A stretch of DNA of 52,172 bases from Octopus bimaculoides. Its lineage: Eukaryota. How positions within the stretch are numbered: position 1 is the stretch's first letter; every line of letters starts with the position of its first letter. Both the position numbers and the translations under genes were made by a program. A model generated the notes under the pieces. It did no database searches and was not told the DNA's origin. It was given only the letters and a program-made list of their open reading frames with translations. Shown here piece after piece: positions 26,211-40,536 of this stretch. Location of the stretch: NCBI RefSeq assembly GCF_001194135.2, contig NC_068985.1:88523635-88575806 (forward strand), read 5' to 3'.

Positions 26211-27539
26211 CTACAGCAAGATAAACATTGTGGCCATTTTAGATCTTGCTTGAAGCTAAATTTGATATTACATAGCTTTCCATTGCTTTTGTAAAATTGT
26301 GTTGATATTCCATAGGGAATAAATTAATCTGATCTTACGTTCACTTAGTATATACAGCTCTACCAAATGCTAAAATATGGTGTTCATACAGCACAAAATG
26401 TTAAAACGTTAGACTTCTATATTGATTTAATACTTCATGTGTAAAAAGTATCATAGGTTTTCTTAAATTTCTCTCCTAGACACAACTCAACAATCGTTAG
26501 CTTTGATTCTACTCTTCAAACTGGAAACACATCTGAACGAAAATGTAAGGTGAGTATCGTAATGCAACAATAAATTTCAAAAACATAATGTTTGAATATA
26601 TGGCAAATTAATTTAAAATTTGAGATCAAGCATTTTCAAACTATATATGGGATAACAAATAAGAATTAAATAAAGTAATTCTGTCTTACATACTTTATCT
26701 TTCCTTTCTCTCATTTTCTGTGCGAGACACATTCATATAAATTCTTCGGATTTTGAAATGCCTGGTTCTTGCAGGTGTGTACATCTATGCTTAAGTTTGC
26801 AAGATAATGTGTTGTCTTTTTTCCACAGAACCCCATTAATAGGTAAATTTCTTTATGACCTTTATCATTTTAAATTCATCCGGACTCTAACTACATATTT
26901 TGCAGAATTCGAATTTCATGATTTGTCAATAATTTCTACTTCAGATTTAATTTAATTTTGGACACATAAAAGTTAGTAACCGACATTCATGCTAAATCTT
27001 TGTAAAAGCAGAATGCAGTCTCCTAACAGAGCTTCAACACATTTGTCTTTCGGTATTCAGAAATATCTTCTTTATTTAGACATTCTACTACATTTCTCAC
27101 TACACTCACAGAAATAATTAAAAAATAAAAATAAATAACTCATACGTAGGCACATTCATGCCATTTTTGACTTCCAAAATGTCATTTTTGCATCTAGGAT
27201 GTATTTATCAAAGCAGAATAATGAAAATTCACTTTAACCGTTGAATTCAAATATTGTGTTAAACACATCATCTCATTTGCAAAGAAACAAAATCTGCATC
27301 CGTTCAAATATTTTGATGAAATACATTTTCAGCATTTTCTTTGACGCAAGAGATATAGCCATTACATTGAATAAAATATCTTTGCACTTGACAGTATTAC
27401 AAAGTCTACTGTAATGCTCATTATATCTTGTGGTAAAAAAAATAACTTGAGCAAGAAGAAGGATATTAACTCTGCTGTTGAATGGAAATGGGTTTGTGGT
27501 GAATAAAATTAAAAGTGAAATTAATGGATTCTCCATTTA

Positions 27540-27900
27540 AATGGATAGAGCATAAAGTTTCCAGCAACCATATATTTTTCGAATCAAGATAATGCCAAGA
27601 TCCGTAAAGCTCAGAATCCTTACTCTAAAAACAAACTCAGGTAAGTTTAAAACAAAATGGATGGTGAAATTTATTTCTATGATTCAGAGCATGCAAGGTT
27701 CGAACAGTGCTGATTCAACCCGTACGGCGCCTACCTTAATATAGCTGCTGCTATAGATTTGTTGTCAATAGAATAAATATAGGACACTCAGAGCAATTGG
27801 TTGAGAGCAGTAATAGAAGCGGTTCGTTTTCGAGACTATATTACCTGATTCCATGCACACAGCCTTTACTAGTGTATGCAGGCTAACATGAAATGAAAAG
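27540..27900 (+). mobile_element. Possible highly decayed Tc1-like transposase C-terminus
   Basis: PYIF..QDNAKIRKA resembles FQQDNA.xH; a later DSMH resembles 'SMP.R'. Confidence 0.35.
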
Positions 27901-28744
27901 CATAGCTGTAAAAATATTGACATTCAGGTAGTTTGTGTAATAAATAACCTCATCCAATTACAGGTAATTCAATTTATTATCAACAATAAATATAAAAATC
28001 ATCTTCTGCATTAGAATCAAGAAGCCATCTAAATTAAAATTTGTAATATTGTTATGAATTAGATTCAAATAAATACATTTTACAATTACTATATGTCAAA
28101 ATTTACAATTTATAAATTTAATTATACAATAGATTTAAAAGTGTATGACGTTATTCGCAGATAATATAACATAGTCATATGTAATTTCATTAAGAGTGTA
28201 AACGTGCAGGATTCAGGAAGTCATGGCATCGATGGAATGTGATATATCAATCTACCTTCAATGATTCCAAACAAGCAGAGAATCAGCAGATCGGGAATTT
28301 GATTTCACAAGAATTAAATGTGTGCTAAAGTATCTGCGCAAACTGAAAACCTAATTGAACCGACATTTGGTATCATATTCATATGTAACAAATGAATTTC
28401 GTCCAATGATTATTTGCTGAAACTAGAGAGGCAAACATTTTATTTTAGCATTAATTTATGCACACTTCAAACATGTAGCACTCACAGCTGGTCCAAAAAT
28501 TATATTTCCTTTACAGAACCATTCTTTAATTACATTTTAATCTCATTTCTATTGTTCTTGGTTGCTTATATTTATAAATGTCTTGCTACTTCAGTTACTG
28601 ATCTAAAAACTTATATAGGATAAAATGTTAAATCTTAAATTATTCCAAACAAACTTAACTGATGCGAAATAATGCATGATATTTTAAATGTATACGTATC
28701 CATATATCTATTTTATGTTCCAATTCAACATATTACACGATGAG

Positions 28745-28945
28745 ACAGCAGACGCGTAAGGAGGTCAGACAAAATGTATTGCAGAATTTTTATCAGTATG
28801 TTACCGTTTGACTTCAGATCACGTGGATGTCAATTTTGCCTTCTGGTTTTGGAATCGATAAATTAAACTGGCAGATAAGTATAAGGGTGGATGATATCAA
28901 TTTCTACACTTACCTCACAAATCTGCTGGCCTTGAACCTTGCAAC
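28745..28945 (+). mobile_element. Old diverged SINE (type A)
   Basis: CAATTTTGCCTTCTGGTTTTGGAATCGATAAATTAAA and GCTGGCCTTGAACC match the type A body and tail. Confidence 0.6.
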
Positions 28946-29584
28946 GGATCGGCGTCACACTCAAGGGGAAACGTTTTGATCTCTTACGTATCCCTCGTGG
29001 ATACCTTTTAGATTTATGCCTCCACGGGCACAATAAGATGTTTTTTTAAAAATATTATTCCCATAGGTAAAGCATAAATGGTATACAAATGAAATAAATA
29101 GCATGTTCTCATTTCTAAAATAATCCAACATATCATCCAGTAAATATCAATAATTTGATTTGGTGTAAACAATAGCTGGCAGAGATAAATAATAAATATG
29201 GAAGTAGTGGTCAAATACATGATACACTTAACATAACGTACCAATTATTTTAAGAGTTAACATATCTGACATAACGGCTGGTGAATGTGGTTTGACAAAG
29301 GACAGTAATTTAATTTCAGCCCATTGAAATGTGCTAAAACAGAAGCCCTATTCATGCCAGATCTTCACCTATTTAATTCAGTGCAATGAATTTAATCGTG
29401 CGTAATTACGAGACAAATAGTAATTAATAACAACAAATTCTGCTAATGAAATAAATGTTGAAGACGTTGCGTGAGTTATCATTCTAATATCATTGTAGTT
29501 TACAACCTACACGTCTGTATATGACAGTGAATGCTTAAGTATAAGACCATTTATATTCACCTAGTCACAATATATGTATGTAAA

Positions 29585-29588
29585 TCTG

Positions 29589-29647
<59 letters not shown>

Positions 29648-29717
29648 GTCTGTCTATGTATCTATCTAGAAAGAAACCCGTCGTATATATGTATGTATAT
29701 ATATATATATATATATA
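29585..29717 (+). repeat. (TATC)n and (TA)n repeats
   Basis: Direct reading. Confidence 0.95.
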
Positions 29718-30330
29718 NNNNNNNNNNNNNNNNNNNNNNNNNNNNNNNNNNNNNNNNNNNNNNNNNNNNNNNNNNNNNNNNNNNNNNNNNNNNNNNNNNN
29801 NNNNNNNNNNNNNNNNNNNNNNNNNNNNNNNNNNNNNNNNNNNNNNNNNNNNNNNNNNNNNNNNNNNNNNNNNNNNNNNNNNNNNNNNNNNNNNNNNNNN
29901 NNNNNNNNNNNNNNNNNNNNNNNNNNNNNNNNNNNNNNNNNNNNNNNNNNNNNNNNNNNNNNNNNNNNNNNNNNNNNNNNNNNNNNNNNNNNNNNNNNNN
30001 NNNNNNNNNNNNNNNNNNNNNNNNNNNNNNNNNNNNNNNNNNNNNNNNNNNNNNNNNNNNNNNNNNNNNNNNNNNNNNNNNNNNNNNNNNNNNNNNNNNN
30101 NNNNNNNNNNNNNNNNNNNNNNNNNNNNNNNNNNNNNNNNNNNNNNNNNNNNNNNNNNNNNNNNNNNNNNNNNNNNNNNNNNNNNNNNNNNNNNNNNNNN
30201 NNNNNNNNNNNNNNNNNNNNNNNNNNNNNNNNNNNNNNNNNNNNNNNNNNNNNNNNNNNNNNNNNNNNNNNNNNNNNNNNNNNNNNNNNNNNNNNNNNNN
30301 NNNNNNNNNNNNNNNNNNNNNNNNNNNNNN
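29718..30330. other. Assembly gap (N)
   Basis: Run of N. Confidence 1.
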
Positions 30331-32132
30331 AGTCCAAATATTAGGGGATAGAGCTTTTGTAGTTCTTCCTACGTGGAAATATATCGCCTCTTTTGTTATG
30401 CATATGCATACATATATATATATAAATGTGTGTGTGTGTGTGTGTGTGCGTGCGTGCGAGAGTGTGCGTGTGTGTCCGTGTGGTTTCAAAGGTACTGTGC
30501 AAATATAACTGTGCCACTTTCTATATGATTCCCTTCAGATAACTGCCCCACATCATGTAGAACTTCAGTATAAAACATGCTGTTTTTTTTCTCTTTTTTC
30601 TTCTTACTGGAAATATTTCTACCTTCACACGAATGAGGTAACGATGTCCGATTATGCAAAGTATGGTGATATTTACTTTACAGAAGAAAGACTTTTAATG
30701 CTATTTCGTTATTACGTATTTCTGTACTATTTCTCACCTTTACATCATTCAAAATATAAAACTGCTTCTTTTGACATTTCCCTGTGTTGTTAGCGTCTAC
30801 AGCAGAGTGTTATGTCGGCGGAGATCTATCCTGTATAGATTTCGTTCAGTTTCATGAATATGAATTTATTTTGATGTTTGAAGTGTGAACGTTTTATACA
30901 TTTCTGGATTAGTAATTTATAGTTTGCGCTATCTTTCATTTTCCATATTGCTATAGACCATCTTCGGTTACCATTGTTTAAGAAGAATCATATTGCATTA
31001 TTTCCTACTTAAAGTTTCTCCTCCTACTACTTTCTTTTGAATTTCAACATATGTATAAATGAGGTCTGCATACCTTTTGTTATATATTCAGTGCATGTTC
31101 TGCGCATATTTCACTTTGAATATGTCACTGGATACGCCATTACATATTCCAACATTTCTTCTATAAAACAATATAACTTGATATGTTTCTCAATTTTGTG
31201 GAGGGACAGAAACCAAAACGATGAAAGTAGATTATACCACGCTACGTACAACAAAATTTATGATGTTTTGAAAACAAATCCTTACTCCGAATATACGACT
31301 AAAAATTGATCAACATCTATACAGACACCAACAATATGAAAACATCAATTGTAACAGAACAATAAGCACAACCTATGTTCGACACTGTAAAATATAAAAA
31401 TAAATCCTAAAAGGTAACCTGAACGAAGTAAATCGCTCATACACTCACACAGAGCTATAGCTGTTACAAATAATTAAAGACTGACATTAATAAATACATG
31501 ATGGGAACCACTAAAAGTACAATTTTAAAAATAATGTACAATATACTGTGTCCATAACGATTCTTTACAAAATTCCTTTCCATTATCTAAACAAGTCACA
31601 TATCAACATGCAACTCGTACGGTAATTGCAACATTGCACGCCACCTGTTAATATAAACCTGCCTATTTTTACTAATATGTTATTCCCTTCGAAAGCATCT
31701 TACTAATTTCCGCAAAATAAAAGAAAAAATACAAGTAAAGAAAAATAAAGCAAAAACGACGCGGGTGAAATCTTGCGGAAAATGTCGGAATCACAATGTA
31801 TAATGTAACAAGGTATATTTAAGTAATCCATTCCGCTAGAAACAAATGTTCCGCTATTACTTTTCATATGATACCACTTCCATGGCACATTGCGTTGCTG
31901 AAATAACAGCGATATTTCCCTCAAATAACATTTAAAATACGATGTTGTATTTTTAAACGAAATATACCTAGTAACCGTGCTAAGAATGATTATATTCAAT
32001 GTTTCGCTGACTTACGGCAAATAAATCAACCGTTGCAACGACATAAAACTGTTCTGCTTTGAGGGTGGAACGAGAAGAGACTTAGAACCCAATAGATACT
32101 ATCGTAATATATACTTTACATAGGGCTATTGT

Positions 32133-32338
32133 TGATTTCAAATTTTGGCACACAGCCAGCAATTTTGAAGGGGTCCTCGTCGATTAAATTAGCCTCAGTT
32201 CTCAACTTGTATTTATTTTGTCGATCCCGAAATGATTAAATGGATAGTTCACCGCAGCAGAATTTGGGGGCAGAACGTGAAGGCGGTTCAAATGCCGCTA
32301 AGCATTTTATCCCGCGAGGAAACAATTGTGCCAGATCA
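32133..32338 (-). mobile_element. Diverged tRNA-derived SINE (type A)
   Basis: AAATTTTGGCACACAGCCAGCAATTTTG tail and CAGAACGTGAAGGC..AAATGCCGCTAAGCATTT head (both as read on plus). Confidence 0.8.
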
Positions 32339-32796
32339 ATACTTTTATGTAGAAAATGAAGGCAACGAAGAGTTAGAATTGTCGAAGCATCTGGCAATGC
32401 ACTTGGAGGAATTCTTTCAAGTTGTTTATATTTCGAGTTCAAATTCTGCGATAAAGTAATTACGAGTTACGCAGTGGGGTCTCGTAATCTACTTTTCCTC
32501 TCTTTCCTCAAATTGCTTGTATTCTGCGAAAATGAGAAATAATTATTGAAGAAAGAAAAAATCAGATATACAAACAAAGATGTTTTAAAAACGTTTCCTA
32601 CATCAGTGTAGGCCATCTAGCTTCCACTCACACTGACAGTTTCGAAAACATGAATATCGTATTTAAACAGGAAAATATCTGCATCCAAAAGTTCACACAC
32701 CCCATATTCCAAACCCACCCCCTGGGGTGTATTCAGGGTTCATTACACTACATTACAAGCATTAATTATCATTTGAAACAGACATATACTTCAAAT

Positions 32797-33180
32797 GTGG
32801 AGGCGAAATGGCCCAGTGGTTAGGGCAGCGGACTCACGTTCGTAGGATCGCAGTTTCTATTCGAAGACCGGGTGTTGAGAGCGTTTACTGAGAGAAAACA
32901 CCTAAAGCTCCACGAGGCTCCAGCAGGGGGTGGCGGCGAACCCTACTATAATATTTCACCACAACTTTCTCTCACTCTTTCTCCCTATTTCTGCTGTACC
33001 TGTATTTCAAAGGGCCAGGTTTGTCGTAGTATGTGTCACGCTGGATCTCCCCGAGAACTATGCTAAGGGTATGTCTCTCTGTGGAGCGCTCGGCCACTTG
33101 CACGCTAATTTCATGAGCACGCTGCTCCGTTGATTGGATCAGCTGTAACCCTTGTCGTCGTAACCGACTGAGTGCCACGT
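32797..33180 (+). mobile_element. tRNA-derived SINE (type B, ~385 bp) with 10-bp target-site duplication
   Basis: Head GGAGGCGAAATGGCCCAGTGGTTAGGGCAGCGGACTC.. (A-box TGGCCCAGTGG), decayed B-box GTTTCTATTC; TACTTCAAAT at 32787-32796 and again at 33181-33190. Confidence 0.88.
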
Positions 33181-33964
33181 TACTTCAAATATCAAGTAAC
33201 AAACGCACACGTACGCAGACACACGCACCAAGTAACTAACCCGCACAAGCACGTCTATTTAACTCACTATTTAAATACAAATAATATGTAACATAAGAGA
33301 GATATTTGCAACAGTATATGAGTGATTTGTTTTCTTCTTTGTCACAGAATTTGGCAACCTAACTGCTTACAATGTATCCATCTCATGTACAAAACAGAAG
33401 ACTAAAGTGAAAATAAAACCAATGAAAAGCAAAAATCGAACACTAATTATTTAGCTTTTTTACAGTCATGTTTTGATTGCAAAAATATAAAATAACATTG
33501 ATATTATTCAGGTAATGTCCTGCAGCGAGCTAAACAGAATCATATTAAACCTACGCACTTCAGTGGGAGAAGCTTAATGAAACACAAATCTAAAGAAAAA
33601 GAATCCAAACAATATGATATTATCATTATAACTTTTGAGAAAAAAATATTATTCAATGAATAACTTAAAAAAAAAAGGCGGGGGTTAAATGACATGAGGA
33701 TGTGTATTCAGATATAACAAGCAGATGGTAGGTAAAAATTTGATGAGATGTAGAAAAAAAAAACAACATAACTTTTCAAAAAATATTGTTCAATGCACAG
33801 AAGTAAGAAACGGTGGGGCGTAATGTATACCATGTTGGTGTATTTTCTTTTCTGGCGAGTGGAACGTGGGATAAGATATACGTATATTAAATCTACAAAG
33901 AAATGGATATACGAAACGTAAACAAAGTTTGTAGGAGGATATTCACTTACAAGTGCACAAACAT

Positions 33965-34003
<39 letters not shown>

Positions 34004-35831
34004 CACCCAAACAAACACACACGCGCACATATACATATATTTTAATGATTAAATGTCCAGAACAGGCCATATGCCAACAATCCCAGGTTTCTGGGATTCA
34101 TTGGCTTATGGATCCCCTACCTGGTCTGTCGCAGGATAATTCATTTTTCACAGCTGACAACAGTGGAAGAAAGGGAAATGAAGCATGTTGCTCAAGAACC
34201 CAATGTTTTCCTCGTTCCAAAATTGGAAACCATAATCTTACGATCAGGAGAACAACAAAAAGCCCAATAAAACAATATGTATGTATATGTGCAGGTATGT
34301 ATATATGTATGTGTGTGTCGGTGTCCTACCTTTACATTTTTACCATTCATTTTCAGCCATGCTGGTTGTTTAGTGCCATTACAATCATTATTGTTGTCGT
34401 CGTTTTTGTTGTTCTTGGTCATGTCATTAGGCTAGTTCACGCTAGTGAGATATGGTAACTATTCTCAAATTTCAGGGATCGATTTTAGGATTATTGCAGA
34501 ATAAAGACAATGCGCAAAATCCGCTTTAATTACTCTTATTCTGAAATTTCTCTTCAGTTACTTTTTTGGGAAATTTTATAGTTGCAAATGAAATAATTGT
34601 ATTCCGAAATTGTGACATATTCCAGAAGATTCGGCTGTTTGAGACAGTTGTGAACAGTTTACGGACCCGGGTTCATGTCTAGAACAAGGTGCCTATTTTC
34701 GATTTATGAAGACATGTCTATCAATCCTACCTAATTGATTATTTTCTCTCTCAGAAAATACTTGTAATATGTAAAATATATTTTAAAAATATTTTGTTGC
34801 CTAGAATATGATGCATATGAATTTGGTGACGGTGTGCATCTGGTGCAACATGATGCTTCGGCGTGTATGAATATGCATGTTTGTATTTATTATTTATATG
34901 TAGGGATTATCATTTATTGTTTGGCGACAAGGAAACCCGATAGAAAATGAGATAGAGCGTAAAGTGATTCTAATATGCTTTTGCCGTCGCTACCTCCCCT
35001 TTCACCGTATAAATTTCACGCTTTTTAGAGCATTATGTGTTTTAAGTATTTTTTGTTGCAATATAATATCTTTAAATGCCTTAAATGTAGCCAGGGTACC
35101 ACACCACTGTGGGTACCCACTACATCCACAGCAATATACGTTGCTTTCTTCCAACAAAATCGTAACATATCCGACCATGTACTGCTGTGCATTGCTGTGG
35201 TATTTGTCAAAGGTTTCCCCGACGTAGGAATATATATGTGTATGTGTGTGCGTATGTGTATATATATAGCATGCCTGTATAAACACACACACTTTTACAC
35301 GCGCGCGCAGAGATGAATACATGTATCTATATATATTAGCATTGTCATGATTATGCTTTTGGGATATAAAGCTTATAAATATATTCACACATGTATTTCT
35401 TTTATCCAGAGGCAGCAAAATTGATGTTTTTGAAACACACTCACTGATATAATCTTGACGATGACATGAAAGCACGAGATATATAGTTTGGAAGATAATC
35501 TCTCTGGGAATACATTCTCCACATTAAAGTGCCCAACAAATTCGGATTTAAAATTCAAATCATGGAATTGGAATAATATTATTGTACATAATCCACAAAT
35601 ATATCTACAATAATATTTCCTTGCAATATCTACTGCGATTTTCAATAGATATGAGTAAGCCTACGGCAACACTGTAAAATATATATAATGCAAACGGAAC
35701 AACCTGAAAATCAATCACTGTATATGTATGAATATAAAACATAATTACTTGCGCATTTGACATGGATTTCTGGGAACACAAACATACCATTATCCAATTC
35801 ATCTGCAGCCTCTCATAGTGAATTCGTCAGT

Positions 35832-35869
<38 letters not shown>

Positions 35870-35944
35870 ATATATATATAAAGAGACAGAGAGGTAAATG
35901 AGATGGAGGAATTTCGATTATCCCCACGTGGTGTGATGTAATAT

Positions 35945-37400
35945 ATGTAAGAAGTTAATGTAGGAAAAAACACACGTTTTACATAGACTTAAAATATTTT
36001 TTTATATATTTTATATTGTGTTCGTCGACCGGTTTCACTTTCGCTAATCATGACGTTGGAGGGTTAAAGGCAAGAAAGAAGAAACGTATTTTCCACACGG
36101 AGTTTATGAATGAATAATTCAACAAGTAGAAAAATCTAAAAGGAGGTAATTGGCGACAGACGAGATAATTTCTTATCTTTCAGTGGAGGATGGGTGTAAT
36201 TATACTCAAAAATTCAAAAACTAGTGTAGTGGGAGAAATATGTAAAGTGATGGTTATGTAATCGCGAATTAAAATGTATAGAGAGATAAAAGTTGGTTAT
36301 GCGTGCATATTTAGAAGTGTTCTGCACTTTTAATGAATAACATTTATTTATTTAAATGTTCTGGTATAGAAATTGCATCTTTGCATTAGTAGAATGGGAA
36401 CCCTGTGAAATTCGGTTTGCTACTACCTGCACATCTTCCCATGTGCTTACAAGAGTGTTTCTCCGTCGCAATGTCATACTCGGGAGTCATATATCGCTAT
36501 GTCCACAACCTGAACAGGTTATTATGTAAATTAGATTTTCAGAGGCGCAAATGGAGTTAGTTTTAATTGTGAACCTTTCTCTTGTTTGAAAAGGAAATCT
36601 AAGGCATGAAATATCTTGGGGCATGTTCCACAGTTTGGATGTCCACATTTTTTAACTGTTGGTTTCGTAGTTGTAAAGCATTTGTTACAAGTCTCTTTAG
36701 CAATTTGTGTTGCTTTTTGCATTTGATGAATTTACGTGTTTTCATTGTGGTGTTCATTGTGGGGTCTCTCCTTAGTAAAGTAATGTTTTGCACAATACTG
36801 TAGTGTACCTCATTGTTTCTAGTGTTGTGAGTTGAAATATACAGTAGTGATGAGTTATGGTATTATGTTTTGTTGTCCTTGAAGCCTTCATGTCTAATTG
36901 CTCGCAAGGCTTAATTCCATCGTGTATAAGTGAAGATACATATTGTATTTCAGTTAGTGTTGTTCTAAGGTCTTGAAGACGAAGGTCCCGGATAATTCTA
37001 TCACACACCAATGTGCAAATTGGTTTTACCAAATTAATGGGGATGTTTATTTTGATGTATTTTGAGTGGCTAAAAAGGAGATAATGTTTCGAATCCTTTG
37101 CTTTATGATACATGTCATTTATAATTTGGTTGCTAACTTTTTTTTATTATAATATCCTAAAATGGGAGGTGTTTTTTGCTATATTCCATTGCGAATTGAA
37201 TGTCACGGTATATATTATTTAGTGTTGATTTGAATTCCAAAACTTTATCATTGAACTCCTTCCAAATTTTAAAAGAGTCATCCAGGTATCTTTTCCAGTT
37301 TTCTCTTATCACGTTTAGCGAAGGCGAAACTGGTCGACAAACAATATTAAATATATTAAAACTATGTAAAGTGTGTGCATTGTCCTTCTTTAGCGTCTAT
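35945..37400 (-). mobile_element. 5'-truncated Penelope-like element: RT C-terminal half + GIY-YIG endonuclease, with inverted terminal repeat
   Basis: Minus strand: RENWKRYLDDSFKIW (RT motif C), DIQFAMEYSKKHLPF*DI, DMYHK.KDSKHYLLFSHS..IPINL..IC, PTVKKCGHPNCGTCP, CASENLIYIITCSGCG (GIY-YIG with Cys motifs). Segment 37316-37376 (+) is an inverted copy of ~35975-36047. Confidence 0.9.
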
Positions 37401-37524
37401 ATTCCGCATATAAGCAAAGAAAAGTTTTTCTATACCATTATTTATAATTATATATATATACATACATGCATGCATATATACACACGTATATATGTATACA
37501 TACATACGCTGATGTATATATATA

Positions 37525-37689
37525 NNNNNNNNNNNNNNNNNNNNNNNNNNNNNNNNNNNNNNNNNNNNNNNNNNNNNNNNNNNNNNNNNNNNNNNNNNNN
37601 NNNNNNNNNNNNNNNNNNNNNNNNNNNNNNNNNNNNNNNNNNNNNNNNNNNNNNNNNNNNNNNNNNNNNNNNNNNNNNNNNNNNNNNNN
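37525..37689. other. Assembly gap (N)
   Basis: Run of N. Confidence 1.
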
Positions 37690-37716
37690 TATATATACAT
37701 CAGCGTATGTATATAT

Positions 37717-37960
37717 GCCCCACCCACCGGACATCGCCCCACCTGATTATCATTTATTCCGCGGTTTTCAAAATGATGTGGTCAGCAAAATATGAATTCA
37801 GACGGGGTCAGAACAGTACTGGGGGAATATGTTTCGTCACGGATACGTGTATTTTAGGGTTGGGGCCCCGCGAATCTACCAGATAAATAGAAGAGCACTG
37901 TAGAAAATGAGGGAGAATATATTTTGGATTAAAAAAAACACTTTCCTATTCTTAATTTTG
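37717..37960 (+). mobile_element. Mariner transposase C-terminal remnant
   Basis: HPPDIAPPDYHLFRGFQN (YSPDLAPSD motif variant) ending ...KSTVENEGEYILD*. Confidence 0.85.
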
Positions 37961-40465
37961 ACAAATATATAAACAGCATTATTTATGGATGACCTAATTA
38001 CATTCTGACATGTGCATCGCATAATGAATTATCATGGTGGCTACGGATATCTTTTAAAATAAAATAACTTATTGATAAAAAAAGCTGCATGAAGGGCAGC
38101 TTACGAATTCTTTTAGCATAGTATTAAATACACTCTGACTTACTTGGGGGTGCTCTTTTCCGATCCAAATCCAGTGGGCATATTTCTAAACATGATGGTA
38201 AACATGTTTCAACATGCAAACTCCGTTACCGAGCCATTATTATCCGTTGGTTACAATTAAAAGATACTCTTCTCTTCGTAGAATCAAGTAGATTTAACGT
38301 TTCTTATTATATTAGTATGAAAAACAGAAATTATATTGAATTCGTTAAATATATTAATTATTCAGAAGATTATAAAAAAATAAGCCGAAATCTACAGTGT
38401 GTCAAAAGAAAACGTTCCGAAACAAAACAAGAAAACAAAAGCTTTGATATTCGATTTGCTTCTGCTTGGAAAAGAACACCTACAACACATATCAAAGTAC
38501 ACATTATATTAGTTGATGTTGCCCTCTGATATTATAGTTTGTGGAACGCCATTCGTATATATAATATTTTTGAAGAACATTGTATGTTTCGTATATTAAA
38601 ATCTTTGAAATTTTGGCTAACGTTTTATATAATATAATATTTATGATTTATGATTTTATTTTAAATTATAGCAATAGTATTGCCAATATTTATTGCTCCA
38701 GTTTTCCTTTCAAGATTTCTATTTAATTTCGCAGACTATATAAATCAATCCATCCGCAAGGCAGTACAGAAAAATCACTCTTTCATCTTTCAACATAAAA
38801 TTGATTCAAAACAACCCCTTTTTGTCCGATCAGTTTGAATGCAGAAGATAGCAATGGAGTAATTGATCTCTGATTGTTTTTGTTCACTGCAGAGAAGAAA
38901 AAAAAAGCTCTAGATAATGATACAAATCGCTTCTTCCTGATACAAGTCAAGGACATATTTTTCAAAGTAGAAAATATAAAGTGAAGTAACACGATGAATA
39001 ATTTTGATCCTGAAGGTGCTGCAACATGTAATTTCAACAACATCAAACACATTACTGTGAAAAGATACATTAGTTTGGCACATAAATTCGTATAACGTTA
39101 GAGATATAAGTCCCTTTCAGTAAATAAAAGAACATGCTTGACGGGTTTGAAATTTTCACCTTTCTAATAAATTGTTCACCTTTTGAGTCAACGATTTCGG
39201 TTTCTCATTAAGCTGTTGCTCGTCTGTACAAGCGTTGGACAAGTATGCAAATTAATACGACAGGATGAGGTGTTATTACAGATGCAGAGGAAACAAATGA
39301 CAAAGCGATTTTCCGTAGCTGAGGACATAACTGACGAATTGTAATATATGTGAAGCTTAACATATAATGCATCCCGCTATATTGCCTCATTATTCCGTGT
39401 AGAGTACTGAAAATTTAAGTTAGCTCTAAAAGTAAAACAGCAATGCACATAACTAATTCTGTTCTCCTAAACCTATTTACAGTGTTTGATTTAATTGTAT
39501 CTCTTTGAATATGTTTCACGTTTTGGTGATTGTGCGGCACAGGGACAAATATTTCTTATGTATGGTAGCCGGACGTTTATTCAAGGAAATTGCACTTTTA
39601 ATCATATTAAATTCCATCCTTGCTCAAAAGAATTAGATGGTTGCTACGATCTATTCTTTCCACGATTTCTTGATGACACCCAGGAATAATATACTCACTC
39701 ATGAAATGAATATTGTACTCCACAAACATATATATTAAGAAGTACATATGTAATAGGATATAGGTTTAAATCCATTACTGTGTAGCAACTGAGAACAAGT
39801 CGCATAATTTGTATGGCATTTCTACAAAATTTGCCAAGAATAAATTGAGGAATATGAGCTAACACATGATGCGTTAAAGAACATAAATGATTTTAAGTAA
39901 TAATTTTTGGATATTATACTGTATATCTTTGAAATCTATCTGGAAACAGATCCGTGATATTTGAAGGATTTTTTGTAACCAGGATAATTAAGTTTACTTT
40001 GATTGTAATGTATGAATGTTGTTAGAAATTCCGTTAAGATTTCGATACAGATACTTAAACATAATGGATTTTAGGTGGACGATTCTAAGATTTTGCAGCA
40101 CCGAAATTGCATTGAGTGTGCATGAAATCTCGAAAGACTGAAAGAGAAAAGGCATTCAGCTATATAAACTATTTTTACTATGGTTTTTCACTTGTTACGG
40201 TCATATTTTTCAATATTGTTTACATTATAATTCACAGCGTAAAGAGCTGTTCTTTTCATAAACTTATTTTTTACATTGAGGTTCACTCAATCTGTGTCTC
40301 CATAAACATTGGACTGCCTTTCAGTCTGCTTTTCTCACTCATCCAATTTCTCAATCGGATACTCCTTGTTTGTAACATTCATTTTCGTTACTGCAAATTT
40401 TGTACTAACTACTTATGCAGTACTGTGATAGTACCTGGTAGTATTTGAGTGAGTATACATACGTA

Positions 40466-40534
<69 letters not shown>

Positions 40535-40536
<2 letters not shown>

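Noticed and set aside
31072-31158. Minus segment with strong acceptor and AAG|GTATGC donor
   Set aside because: Stops in all three frames between the sites.
32797-32875. tRNA gene call for SINE heads (also 9180-9252, 18745-18830)
   Set aside because: No closing acceptor stem, decayed boxes, and continuation into SINE bodies.
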